64,000 nt of DNA from positions 15,624,001 through 15,688,000 of the forward strand of contig NC_088853.1 in NCBI RefSeq assembly GCF_963853765.1, written 5' to 3'. Source of the stretch: Magallana gigas (Eukaryota). Both the position numbers and the translations under genes were made by a program. Below the pieces are notes generated by a model that searched no databases, had not been told where the DNA came from, and saw nothing but the letters and a program-made list of their open reading frames with translations. This document shows, one piece after another, positions 50,179 through 62,700 of the stretch. Numbering within the stretch: the first letter of the stretch is position 1; each line of letters starts with the position of its first letter.

Positions 50179-50791
50179 CTGCAAATAATAGATCCATTAT
50201 GTCCTAATGATTAGACTCATACTCAAATTTAAATCCTAAGCAAAACGTGGTGAGGTTAAGGCCACAAATGTACAGAGAAGTTCTGGAGAAAGTTTAAGCT
50301 ACTGAAGCATATTTAAATCATGATTAAATGAAAATTCTCAGATTTAGTAACTAACTCCAAAATAAACCAAATTAAAAAATAATTGCTACGTGATAAATAC
50401 GTTCTACATCAACGAAAAAAGAAATCTGGTTATCCCAAATAAAAGATATGATATTATCTTTAAAACATTTCAAAGTTTGAATTTAAATGAAACTACAGAT
50501 AACAACCAAAAATCAAAGTACTGAAGTACTGACGGAAGTTGATTTTATCGATTATTATTTATCTTAAAATCAACGATATGTTATTTTGCTTGGCAAGAAG
50601 TTTATAATCTCTATTTGAATTACGCACATTTTTATAACATGGTTTCTCGGACTTTTCCGACAAGAATTTCGAGAAAACCTCTTATAAATCATGTTGTGTA
50701 ATATTTAAAAATAGAATTGATTTCATCAATCTATGTATCGGTATTCGAAATATATTTCAAATAGTGTATAGATCCAACCAATAATGAACTC

Positions 50792-50952
50792 TAGTCTCGT
50801 TCAACCAGATGCTCGGCTGTCTCCGTTAATCTCCGACAAGTTCGAGATACCAGGTCACGTGATATCATAGCTTGATGATGCGACCTCTAAATATAGACTG
50901 ACTCTCTACTTGTCGGAGATGTACGGAGACAGCCGATGATTGAACGAGACTA
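50792..50952. mobile_element. 161-bp MITE with TAG...CTA termini and a ~10-bp TSD
   Basis: TAGTCTCGTTCAA...CGGCTGTCTCCGT..ATCTCCGACAAGT versus its inverted copy. Flanks are TAATGAACTC / TATTGAACTC (9/10). Confidence 0.75.
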
Positions 50953-52007
50953 TATTGAACTCTGGCGTAGGAAAACATATGACTGCAAAAAAACTTCTAA
51001 ATTGTTCGTACTTTTTAAAATCTGACTATTTCTTAGGTATTTATAAATAAGTTTCCTTTTAAAAAAAATGCTTCAGCGTGCATTACATTAAATTTATCGA
51101 TTATTTTTAAGAACTAACTCTTGTCAGCGGTGATGATTTGTGCTTAGGTCCAAACATTGTTTCAGTTTCGGTTCGCCAGAGTAACTGCATATGAGAGTTG
51201 ATTAAAATCAACTCACAAAAATAAATCTTATTTTTAGTTTTAATGTTATGAATATTCATGATGTGAAAGTAATTAATACATTCTTATTTATTTGAAGTGA
51301 TTTGTATAATAAAGAACTGTATAGGCGATGTATGATATAAAAAAAGTGCTTTAAATTTATAACAGGTGGGTTTTTTGTGTTTTGTTTTTTTTTTTTTTTT
51401 TGGGGGGGGGGGGGGGGGGTTGGTAGCAACCACGGCAGTCACGTTTACAATTTGCTTAATAATTTAATTTAATTTATTTTTTTGTGGAGGTGGTTGAAAG
51501 TACTTGATATACGCTAGTCTGAACTGTTCATTTCAGTGGAGAATTAAAATAACAAAAATTAAATTATTATTAATTTTTTTTTCTTTTTTAATTATTGAAA
51601 ATTTTTAAAACAAAAAGACCCCGTTGCTTTTAATATTTGACTTTGTGACTCTTGAAGAAACAGGGTCCACTTTCAACTTTAATGGTTTGTCTATATGCAA
51701 TATCTGCAGATATCAAAAGCACAGATACAACATTTACTTTTGTAGACCCCTCGATTTCATTGAACCAAGATAAATGTACCAGTACATCACACCATAGCCC
51801 ACTCATTTATACACACCGTATTTGGTTTTGTATTAACTTTGTACTTTAGTTTAGCTGATAATGTCACAAATATTGAAAAACAACACATTAAAAAACATTT
51901 TATTTTCATCTTAAAAGCAATAAAATCTGCATAAAAATGGTTTAGCAACAATTCACATTTACGATCAAGTTGTCGAACTTAAAGTATATCTTGTAAACTG
52001 TTGGAAG

Positions 52008-52010
<3 letters not shown>

Positions 52011-52088
<78 letters not shown>
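52011..52088. repeat. (GA)n microsatellite
   Basis: Direct reading. Confidence 0.98.
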
Positions 52089-52092
<4 letters not shown>

Positions 52093-52509
52093 TTGTAAAC
52101 TTTAAATTTACTCTGTGTGGGTGTAAAATGACATTGTATTTTGTATAATTTACACCATCCAGTAAGTTTATAATTTACAACATGAGAGGAGGATAGTTTA
52201 AGCTTCTAGTTTAGGCAAATGACTTAACACCTACTCCTTAATATATTTTTTCATGAAGAATTTGGCTCTGTATTATTATTTTAGTAAATTGAAATTTTGA
52301 TAAATGCATTTCCTTAAAAATTATTAAAATTGTTGAGAAAAATTTTTCATTAAGAAATTAAGATCGTTGAAAGAGACAGTCTTCTGACTAAGGCTTAGTA
52401 GTCTCTCATTTATTAGCATTAATTTCGTCGATGTCAGAAGAGTCACATTAGCTGAAACTACTGCACACTTGTGATACAATATTAGAATGTGATAACACAA
52501 CATGGAGAC

Positions 52510-53523
52510 TCATTTCTCTAAGATTTTAAACTTTTTGACCAATTTTGACTCTAACTCTGCCACCCAAATTGAGTCCACCCCGTCAAAGCACAGACCATGG
52601 GGCTCCTTGATTCCCGCTTCTTCCGTTAAAAGCAGACGAACAAATGCGCCATCTTTATCGATCACGTGAATACTGTGTCTAAATTGGTCTGCGATGATCA
52701 CGTGACCTAGGGTGTCGGTATCGATATCCATGGGCAAAAATTGGTAGGATTTATTTTTAGCGACCCCGAGGTACGAGAACCGGAAGTGACCGTGAGCGTC
52801 GACTGCGGTGATTTTCTTCAAGTTGTAGTCGCTGACTATGATGTCCCCGTTGAAATTTTCAGTGATGTGTTCCGGTCGGCTGTATAACTTCTGATCTTCC
52901 CCCAATATCTCTCTTACTTTATTTCCGGAGACGGTGTACTCTTCGACTTTTCCTACTTGGTCCACCTCATAAAGAGGATCATGGTGGAAAAGTCCCACGA
53001 GGATCGAGCCGGACTGGGTTACACAGAGACCGCTGGGCGACCAATCCGTGCTCACAAGCGTCTGCGATTCACCACTTCCGGTCACCACTAAAATCCTCCT
53101 TGTCTCTACATCGCTGTACAATATACTGCTGTCTGGCAAAATTGCCATCCCGTCAGGTGATACCTCTGTGTCTGTGATTATCGAAGTTTGACTCTGTCCC
53201 TTTTTGTCTATCACCAAGATGCGGGGGTCGTTTCCAAACACAACTATCTTGGAGGACGATATACATCGGACCCCAAGCTGATATTCGAGATCCGTTTCAA
53301 AACAAGCTTTCTGTTTCGGTGCTTCCGCCAGGCAGCGTTTTAGAGTCCGGACCTTTCGACCCGTGATCGGGGCGATCACGTGGTGTCTCGTGATTTTCCG
53401 CCGGTTGTGTTCGGTTTTGCACTCGCTACATAGATACCCCGGACAGTTTTTACACATATATTCTGCAGCCGTTGTTTCGCACTCTTCGCAGGTCATTGAA
53501 CAAAGCGCGGGTTCGATTGACAT
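52510..53523 (-). CDS. TRIM-like protein: single B-box + NHL beta-propeller (TRIM2/3/71-like, no RING), 337 aa
   Basis: CEECETTAAEYMCKNCPGYLCSECKTEHNRRKITRHH (B-box); NHL repeats SPDGMAILPDSSILYSD, WSPSGLCVTQSGSILV, RPEHITENFNGDIIVSD, LPMDIDTDTLGHVIIAD, EPHGLCFD. A polypyrimidine-AG acceptor at 53533-34 implies a non-coding upstream exon. Confidence 0.9.
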   Translation of the reverse strand: MSIEPALCSMTCEECETTAAEYMCKNCPGYLCSECKTEHNRRKITRHHVIAPITGRKVRTLKRCLAEAPKQKACFETDLEYQLGVRCISSSKIVVFGNDPRILVIDKKGQSQTSIITDTEVSPDGMAILPDSSILYSDVETRRILVVTGSGESQTLVSTDWSPSGLCVTQSGSILVGLFHHDPLYEVDQVGKVEEYTVSGNKVREILGEDQKLYSRPEHITENFNGDIIVSDYNLKKITAVDAHGHFRFSYLGVAKNKSYQFLPMDIDTDTLGHVIIADQFRHSIHVIDKDGAFVRLLLTEEAGIKEPHGLCFDGVDSIWVAELESKLVKKFKILEK

Positions 53524-54136
53524 GTTTCGAACCTAAAAAAAAATATAAAACATTTTTATAAAATGCTTAACGAAAATATATATAGTATGGAGAATGTGAT
53601 AATGAATCAATGTTAGCATAACCTATTTGTGTTCAGTGAAAACGCTATGCAATTATTTTTCTTGATATAAATGAAACAAGAATTGTTTTCATTTTCATAT
53701 TTTTGTAACAAATAAAACAAATTGAGGGATGGGGTAATTTTGAAACTAAAAATTCTATCTAAACAGTGTTATCTTCTTTTATAGCTAGTGAATTTTTATT
53801 TTAAACTAAGTGGTGAAATCAATAATACATCGAAGTTTGAATGTCAGAAATTTCCCTGACAATTCAAAAACAAAGTTTTCCGATTATGCCACAAGGTTAT
53901 CTTTAGATTAGAAAGTTACCCTCTTTATCGCGATTAATACGTCTTAATTTACGTTTGTAAAGATATATCCCAAAAAATCAATTTCTTGTACTTGTACTTG
54001 TACCCTGAAATCAAATTTTAAAATATGACCAACAAATTGGAATGAGAATACCTGTTACGTGTGGAAAATGAACATAAATGTATGCCAACATTATACCTCA
54101 AGCTTCTGGGGTTTTTTTGCTCCCCCCCCCCCTCTT

Positions 54137-54138
<2 letters not shown>

Positions 54139-54190
<52 letters not shown>
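54139..54190. repeat. (CA)n microsatellite
   Basis: Direct reading. Confidence 0.97.
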
Positions 54191-54192
<2 letters not shown>

Positions 54193-56198
54193 AAACTCAA
54201 GCTCCATATATATAACATACTCATTACTCCAATTGAATATAGAATACGGTTATTAAACATGAATGTGTACATGTGCATGTCCTCACACTTCTAAAACTTG
54301 CGAAATAAACATGAAATGTTAACCTAAATATTTTAATGCTGTTTTCATTAAATTCTACATTAAATGCCCATATATGGCGGTAAATGTGAAAATAGAAATG
54401 GGCAGTACATAGAAGAACACAATAAAATCAGAGGCAATGTATCAGCACAGTAGAATTACCTTAAAGGAATCGGTGCGAGTAAATGGTCTCTTGATGAGCA
54501 GAGAGATGGTTGGTAATGCCCCTTTAATTTAGATTCAAACTTCCTTTTCTACGAATTGCTTAAAGGTATGTGTATATTTATAGGTATTTCTTTATCTAGA
54601 CGTGTTGCATTTTGGATGTTTTTTCTGCATGTTAAACGAATATTCCTTATCTTAAGCGGAGGATTTATAAGGTTTGTGTGTATTTATATAGTGAACCTGA
54701 TAATAAAATTTGATACCACTGGATTTTTAAACTGTCAAAAAATGACAAATCACCATGTGTCCTATTGATCGTCGTTGCATTAGTCTAGATTGCGTAATCT
54801 TTTTTGGGTGTTTGGGGGTACCCACTGGGAATGAGTCACCTAAAGGAGATAAAATGAATGCGTATATAATTCTATACATATATTCATGCGTATGAATTCG
54901 TTAACGAAGAAGTTATACTTTATCATTTATTGTTTTTGTCATTTCTTTAATGCACATACGTGGATCTAATCTAGAGGAAGCGCCAGGGAAAATTCAGATG
55001 TTCAAGAAATGCTAACATTTTTATTCTCAAATGTACAAGATGGCCGCACATTCCCCTTAACTTCAAAAAAAAAATATGGGCTATGTACATTTTTTCTGCA
55101 ATGATCGAAGGAATTTTATTGTTTAAACTAGCATTTACATCTTTCTTTTATCAAATAAACATTGCCATATCCCTATACTTCTCGACTATAGAACAATATA
55201 GAAACTACAATTTTAACAAACAAATGTAACTGATCGTCTAAGGAAAGATGCAATTGGTAACCTTTTTTTGGTAACCTTATTTTTTTTTTAATTTTAAGCA
55301 CTTAACAATCTCAATTTCTTGACCATCGGGTGCTGATAGAGGGGGCTTTATTTCTACTTTTACTCCCCCCCCCCCTAGTAAAACATTAGTATAAAACAAA
55401 TTGTAGTTCTGTTTGACCTAATTTATTCTTTTTAGAATCGCCTTTCGAATCTAATAAGAATTCCACAGAGTAGTAATGTATATTTAACATACGTTTAATG
55501 AGTTAAGGCCGTTATCTATCAAATTGATTTAATCTTAATTTATTTAGAAAAAGGAACAGTTAGCGTCACAGTAGGTTTTTTTAAAAGTTATACGTACATG
55601 TACATATATTTCATTCAATGTGAAGGTTTGCCTTAATAACACGTAAAACAAACCCCCCAATTAAAATTCTCTGTTTATTTTGCCTTAGAAACAAAACACT
55701 CGCTATTTTTGTGTACGCCTACCCATTAGCAGGCGTAGATTTTTAGTACCGGAATAAGCTAACGCCTTATTGTGAAAGGCAACAGTCTAGTTTTGAGGTT
55801 TAGTCCCGATTAAGTCCGGACTAAGCTAACGCCTGTATGAAGGACTTTTTAAAAACTGGCCCCTGGATCGGCTTGGACCAGATCGCCGAGCGACCGACAT
55901 CCACAGAATAGGTTCCACGGCAGCTCTAGCGCCGCGGAGGATCGTTCTTATGGACGCACCGGAAAGCAAAGCAATCAAAAACTTAAATTCCTACCCCTAA
56001 ATGTGTGCAGTGTGAACCGAAGACTCAATAACTCGGAATTCATCGAATTGTTGGCCGGTTATTAGACTAACCGAAACAAAAACCGATATTATATTAAAGC
56101 AGACATGAAATCATCGGTTTTTTGGCGAAGTTTAATGCACGCTTGAATGAAGCAAAATTATGCAGCACCTCACCATCGCCCCATCGGAAATTCTACGC

Positions 56199-56370
56199 CA
56201 GCCACTATACGGAACTATGGAATATTAATAGATTAAAAACGTGTATGTCATGCTGGATCAACAAGGGATATTCTTCATCGATGATCCTATCAAAGACGAC
56301 GAGAACTTTCTTTCATTTGAAAACTTTCAAGACAACTTTAAAGTTCAATGTTCATACTATTTTTTTTAAC
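56199..56370 (+). mobile_element. L1/Tx1-clade LINE ORF2 C-terminal remnant
   Basis: QPLYGTMEY**IKNVYVMLDQQGIFFIDDPIKDDENFLSFENFQDNFKVQCSYY resembles the Tx1/L1 post-RT motif QPLWNN...GIxxIxDL...FLSFxxFxxKxNxxC. Stops are present. Confidence 0.55.
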
Positions 56371-56996
56371 CTGCAAAGGGTTGATATCGGCCATCCAAAA
56401 GCGTTGGAAGAAATTATAATTATACAACATCCCAAGAGAAGAAATATGTGAAAGCAATATTGAAAAATTATAGAAAGGCGCAAAATTAAAGGTATCAAAA
56501 CTGTTTTAACTTATATTTTTAGCCGGGCTTTGCTGAAAGCAGAGTCCTGGATGTAGGGGGCAAATCGCCAAAGATACTATAAATAGCACAACTTCAAAAG
56601 TAAACGAAAAACCGAGCAGCGTCAAAGTAAAAGCTTCCGCTATAAAAATAGTTACACAGAGAGCCATGTTTTGTCAAATCTATTGGTTTTTCATTTGTTT
56701 GCGAATAAATTTAGCGTTGAATTTTTTTCCCTTTCTCATCAATTACGTGTTATTTTAAACAAGACTTTGCGTTTTGGGCACATATACAATGGGCATGAAT
56801 TTCCATGAACTACTTTTCAAAGCATTGGTATTTGGCTGCACATAGAAGTAGTGAGGGGAAGGGGGTTGACTTTATAACGCTTGTTTCAAATTTCAATGCA
56901 ACTGTTGATTTTTTTCTACTAGACAGACATATTTATATTTATAGTCGCTAACAAAACAATTCAGTCGCTCTCTGGCACATTTCCGACATTAAAAGC

Positions 56997-56998
<2 letters not shown>

Positions 56999-57056
<58 letters not shown>
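56999..57056. repeat. (GA)n microsatellite
   Basis: Direct reading. Confidence 0.98.
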
Positions 57057-57059
<3 letters not shown>

Positions 57060-57338
57060 TTTTTACTACAAAATATGCATAATGACACATCAAAAGAGCC
57101 CGGCTTTCAGTACTACTTCAGTGCTTTGATTATATCATCTGTCGCCGAAACCGCTCTAAACGTACATGTGTAAACAAGAAGCAGTGGAGAAGATGCCAAT
57201 AGAAATTGAAGAAAAGGAAAGGGAAAAAAATATGATTCCACATAATGTCACAATGAACACAAAATTGATAATTTGCTAATTCCAAATTTTACATAGAATT
57301 ATGTTCACAAACTCTCGACTATCTATATCTAAAATTTT

Positions 57339-57682
57339 TAGAACCGTGTTAACAAGAGCTTGGACTTTCGGTCGGGTGTTTCAATCTAGTTCGCTCATCA
57401 AAACAAGCTGTCAAATATTGACCTGCTTTCTTCTAATTCGCTAAGAGAACCTTATTAATATTCATAGACTGTCCAAACCGTTGCTTTGCTGTGTGAAACT
57501 GACACTGTTTTAGCGAAATATGCATCCCTGGATGAAGTCGGACGAGTGTTGACCATTGCGTTCAACGTATGCATATCTATTAGCCAATGGCTGGACAGTT
57601 AACCATTAGTAGACCCCGCCTTCATTGAATCGGCGTTTATCACGTACTGCCCAAAGTCCAAGCTCTTGTTAAAACGGTTCTA
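57339..57682. mobile_element. 344-bp TIR element with TAG...CTA termini
   Basis: TAGAACCGTGTTAACAAGAGCTTGGACTTT versus AAAGTCCAAGCTCTTGTTAAAACGGTTCTA (29/30 inverted). No clear TSD. Confidence 0.75.
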
Positions 57683-58688
57683 GATACTGGACTGTGCTCA
57701 TTTTGCCGTGAAACTAAGGAGTCAATAATTCATCTTTTTTTTCTATATGATTGTCTGCATGCACGAAACGTTTGGATTACAATACGGGAAAAACTTAAGA
57801 TTTAAGTGTTTTGATGTATGTCTTAATGAACAAACAGTAATCAGTTTGTCAAGCCCAAAAAAAAGTATACATTCCCAAAATCATAAAATTCCTAATCCGT
57901 GGGGGGGGGGGGGGGTAAGAATTTTTGATTTTTTGATATCGCCCCTATTATTTCCTTATTTCATTTAATTCCTTACTCTCTACCGGTGTACCAGGGAATA
58001 CTGTCGCTAGTGAATATGGTCGCTCTAAAAATAGAATTAGAAAACGGTAGCCATGCAATTCGCCCCTTCCATAATACGACACCAATACATTTGAATGTAC
58101 TTCTGTACTAGATATAGCCATATAAGATTGTTAAAAATAAATATTTTTATGAATGGGTTAAGAATCTTTAAAAAGGACACGCAAAAAAACCCCAACAGAA
58201 TTTTTAAAACATTGGCTTAATTTAACATCGAGATCGGTATACACTCGGATGTCGTGTTACCATGTAAAACACAAACTGAAAGTAGAAAATTCGAACGGTT
58301 TCTTTTATGAATTGAGTTGTAATGTATGTTTATGCTTTTAAATTTGTTACACGAATATATTCATAAACATTTGATATATCATAAAGGCAAAATCCATTAC
58401 GAATAATCAATTAAGTTACAGCAATCAAACTTACTAAGTTAAACACTTTCTACGATCAGTTTTCACATACAAAAAAAATTTATAAACATTTCAATGGGTA
58501 TGTGTGCGTTTTATTTCTGGTTATAGTGTTGTATTTACAGTTGTTAATAATAATTTCGTTTCATGCTAAAGATTCTTTAAAAAAAACGCTCACTGGTTCG
58601 CAGTTCATAATTTTTCGTGGATTACATTTTGTTAGATTTTTTAAATTGTTTTTCTTAACTTAGTATAGAATATTTATAACGTGTTTAA

Positions 58689-59181
58689 GGGGCATGGTCA
58701 TGATTTGGTCAAATTCTATTTTTATAATTTTATTATTCACAATGCTTTAAGAATGCATTTCTAATGATCAAATGAAATTTGAGAATCAGTTGTAGAATTA
58801 TAAGCAAGATAAGGTCTCATAAGTATTTGTCATGTAAACAAGGCTCGAATTCCTGTTATTCTTTACATAGGTTCAATTTACCTGTGAAAAAATATTTTTC
58901 AATCTGATTTGTCCATCCTCTTATTCATTTTAAGCTTAAATAAACAGTCCCAAACATTCAAGACATTTATTTTTGGTCTAAAACTGGAATTTTTACTTCA
59001 ACATTCAAAATGTAAACAAAACTTTGTTTACAAAGAAAAGAATTGTACCAAGCTCTGTAACTTGCTTATTACTCAATGAATGATGCTCAAATTTTGGTTG
59101 CCTATTAAAAATGCCTTACTGAAGTATTTTAAAAATTAAAACTGAAAAATGATTTTTGACCAAAATCATGACCATGTCCCA
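58689..59181. mobile_element. Non-autonomous TIR element flanked by TTAA (Kolobok-like)
   Basis: TTAA|GGGGCATGGTCATGATTTGGTCAAA ... TTTGACCAAAATCATGACCATGTCCCA|TTAA. Confidence 0.75.
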
Positions 59182-60666
59182 TTAAGGTGTAATATTCCTC
59201 TGCTATTAATTTTGCCATATATTTTTTATAAAATTTCATATTGATTTTCGTCAAAGTCAATATCAATCTTCTCATATGAAACAAAGTTGAAGTGATGAAG
59301 TGCTGCTAGATTTTCAATAAGTGATAATGTGTCTAATCATGATATGAAGAAAACTAGATACGGTGATTAGAGAAAGCAAAATTTACCATGGCAGTATAAA
59401 ATTAAAAGTATAAAATGTATATGAAAATAATATATAGCTATATACATTTTCAATTCATATTACAAAACATATTGAAGCGCTGCATTTTAGTTCAAAGTAG
59501 CACACAGTTTTATAAGTTTGCAACAAAAATTGCTTCTGTCAGCAAGAGTTATTTTTCTTCATCACAGATCATTGAAGTTTTTTCATACAGTGCATGATAA
59601 ATTGCCAGGGTTTCTAAACTTTCAGAAAAGGTTTTCTGTTTTTAAATTTGGATAACAGGATAAGGCAATTTTAAATGGATTCATATATTTAAGAAATCCT
59701 AAAAATGTAAACCAGAGCATTTTGTTATAACACAAAAAGGGGATCAAGTGAATAATCTTCTAGTAATTGGTATGATCTCAATATAGGGATATATTGTCTT
59801 GAATCAAATTTATTGGGTTTTTTTTAAAAAAAAATTTCCCATATCTGCTCCCTCAGAAAAGAAAAGCGTTATTCAATTTTAAACATTTGATATGTTATAA
59901 GTTTCAAACGATTATAACTAAGTTTAGAATTTGTAATTGTATTGGTCACATTTTCCCCAATTATACATGTAATTCATTCAGCTCTGTGAACGAGCTATAA
60001 ACAGAGAAATAAAAATATCCCATCCAAATATTCTCTGGCCTAAAACATCAAACATGTACTGTATATGTACTGAATTTGTACATAAAATTTAGTTATACTT
60101 AAAAAAAAAGAATACATCCATTCGGGGGGGGGGGGGGGGGGGGGGGGGGGGAAGAAGGAATATTCATGAGATACTGCCTCATATTTTGTAAAAGTTTTCT
60201 TTACTTTTTTGCCCCCTGCTTCAAAAGAATCCTGGGGTTCAGTTCGTTCCGTTCAAATTTTCTTTTTCTAAATTTGAATTTAAATAAATGTATCGCCTTC
60301 CAATATAAGTTGGGACCCAGCACCACCTCCCTTGTTGCTACATGCCTTAATAATTGTAAGTTAATAAGATGAAGAAGTGCGTTCAGATGAAGGGACGGTG
60401 ACAGTTGAAGAAGTGAGAGCAGAGAATTGAATAGGTAAATTGCAGACAAAAGATTGAGCGGTGACAAGCTGGCTAGGGATCACTGTTGATGCTGTAGCAA
60501 CTGGTGAATGAGCACTGTGTTGATTAGCCATGGTCTGACGAAACTGCATTAAAAGTTTGCCTTGTTTATTTTGGCCTTTGCCGTTGTAGCCAGTACCCCA
60601 AAATGAACAGGCAACATTATGTTTTAGTATCCTTGATTTTGTGCTGATGAGGTAATGTTGAAAATC

Positions 60667-61300
60667 CAGGAAGTCAGTGTAGTGGAGATGTGTGAAGCAG
60701 AGGAGAGTGAAGAGGAAGTCAGTGCAGTGGAGATGCGTGCAGCAGAGAGGAGTGGAGAGGAAGTCAGTGCAGTAGAGATGCGTGAAGCAGAGGAGCGTGG
60801 ATAGGAAGTCAGTGTAGTGGAGATGCGTGCAGCAAAGGAGCGTGAAGAGGAAGTCAGTGCAGTGGAGATGCGTGCAGCAGAGGAGCGTGGAGAGGAAGTC
60901 AGTGTAGTGGAGATGCGTGAAGCAGAGGAGCGTGGAGAAGAAGTTAGTGCACTTGAGATGCGTAAAGCAGAGGAGCATGGAGAGGAAGTCAGTGCAGTGG
61001 AGATGTGTGAAGCAGAGGAGCTTGGAGAGGAAGTCAGTGCAGTGGAGATGTGTGAAGCAGAGGAGCTTGGAGAGGAAGTCAGTGCAGTAGAGATGCGTGA
61101 AGCAGAGGAGAGTGGAGAGGAAGTCAGTGTAGTGGAGATGCGTGTAGCAGAGGAGCGTGGAAAGGAAGTCGGTGCAGTGGAGATGCGTGTAGCAGAGGAG
61201 TGTCGAGAAAAAGTTGTTGCAGTGGAGATGCGTGCAGCAGAAGAGCGTGGAGAGGAAGTCAGTACAGTAGAGATGCGTGCAGCAGAGGAGAATGGAGAGG
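60667..61300. repeat. 45-bp minisatellite, ~14 copies, followed by (AT)n at ~61303-61326
   Basis: Unit GAGGAAGTCAGTGCAGTGGAGATGCGTGCAGCAGAGGAGCGTGGA; stop-free frames on both strands. Confidence 0.95.
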
Positions 61301-61453
61301 ATAGATATATATATATATATATATATAGTTTACAGATGCAAAAAATATTTCATAATCCACTCAGAATAATTCTAGCTTGATGTGGAAATAATTCCCTATA
61401 TTTGATAATTTGCAGTACATCTTTCCTTTATTCAAGTTTTAAAGTAACAAGTT

Positions 61454-61763
61454 AAACTGCATTCACTTGGCACACCCGACTGGCGGCGGAGGAATGAGCC
61501 TGAAAATGAACCTTACTCTAAATCCTAATCCTACTCCAGTTCAAACTGCATTCACTGGGCACACCCGACTGGCGGGGGAGGAATGAGCCTGAAAATTAAC
61601 CTTACTCTAAATCCTAATCCTACTCCGGTTCAAACTGCATTCACTGGGCACACCCGACTGGCGGAGGAGGAATGAGCCTGAAAATTAACCTTACTCTAAA
61701 TCCTAATCCTACTCCGGTTCAAACTGCATTCACTGGGCACACCCGACTGGCGGGGGAGGAATG
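61454..61763. repeat. 89-bp tandem repeat, ~3.5 copies
   Basis: ACTGCATTCAC recurs at 61456, 61545, 61634 and 61723 (period 89). Confidence 0.95.
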
Positions 61764-62700
61764 CATCTGACTAATTGTGTCAGCATGTTAACAGTCAACA
61801 TTATTTTAATCTTAGTTGCTCAGTGGATTTTGAAAATGTTGGTAATCACGGAAATGCACATAGGACTCCAGCCACCTGTTGTAGGCCTGCACCTGTTCTT
61901 TTGTTAGAATAACAATGTTTCCAATGCGCTTCATCGGGGTCCTGGTTTTGATGTGCCACGTGTATAGATAATCTGAAATCAAATGATTTTGTGACCTGTT
62001 GGAAATTCTTCAATTGCTGAAAAGTTGGAAAAATGATTCTGCCATCAGTAAAAATGATCTGGACTGAACACACTGCACATGTATGCCAACCTTAGATAAA
62101 ATGAATGCAAACGTTTTTGTTAAATCGTCTAGAAAAACTGGTGTTGTGTTAGGTAAAGGATCTACTGGGTAAGAGGAGTGGTCATCAAAAACACATGTGG
62201 CTTTACATAACATTGTTAGTGTATGGCCAAATATCCTACCAGATGCAACTCTTCTGGACAGAGTTTTTAACTTTATTGCATATATTATGATGAAATTTCT
62301 TTTTCCAAATAAGGACATAGAGGGTGTTGCAGTTCCTATGCTTTTTTTACCTAAAGGAGTTGCAGATAAAATGGATAAAACAAAGATACAGAATTCGATG
62401 CTAATTTTTTTTGGCATGTAGGGTTGTAATAAAGCAGAGTAGAATTTAATATGGAAAGTTTGTACTTACTTTTATAAGACCATAAAAATTTTGAAAATGG
62501 TTATAAGACAAATGTGGCAGAGAACACGCTTTATAAAAGGGGATCCTCATTGTTGTGACAAACTGCTTCCTTCAAAGAAAATTAATTTAATCTTAACGTT
62601 TAGAGTCCGACAATTCCTTGAAATCTGCCATTTCCGATTTCTGTTTCAAAGAGTCATACTTTCAAAAAATCCAATTTTTGGAAAAAAAATCATTAATACC

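Larger units (their letters stand above)
60520..62417 (-). pseudogene. Decayed ORF ending in a NADAR (YbiA-like) domain, interrupted by two tandem arrays
   Basis: The C-terminal half FQHYLISTKSRILKHNVACSFWGTGYNGKGQNKQGKLLMQFRQTMA (~60520-60660) matches the NADAR C-terminal motif (LLxTxxxxLVE....WGxGxxGxGxNxLGxLLMxxR). A NADAR N-terminus-like YVHFRDYQHFQNPLSN* ends at 61812. The frame 62417-61812 has only one internal stop. Confidence 0.6.

Noticed and set aside
55860-55970. GC-rich island as the promoter or first exon of the TRIM-like gene
   Set aside because: No convincing donor linking it to the 53533 acceptor; it is adjacent to repeat fragments.
51390-60151. Long poly-G/poly-T runs (e.g. 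~51390-51420, 60124-60151) as G-quadruplex or regulatory elements
   Set aside because: Simple homopolymers with no further structure; their lengths are also error-prone in assemblies.
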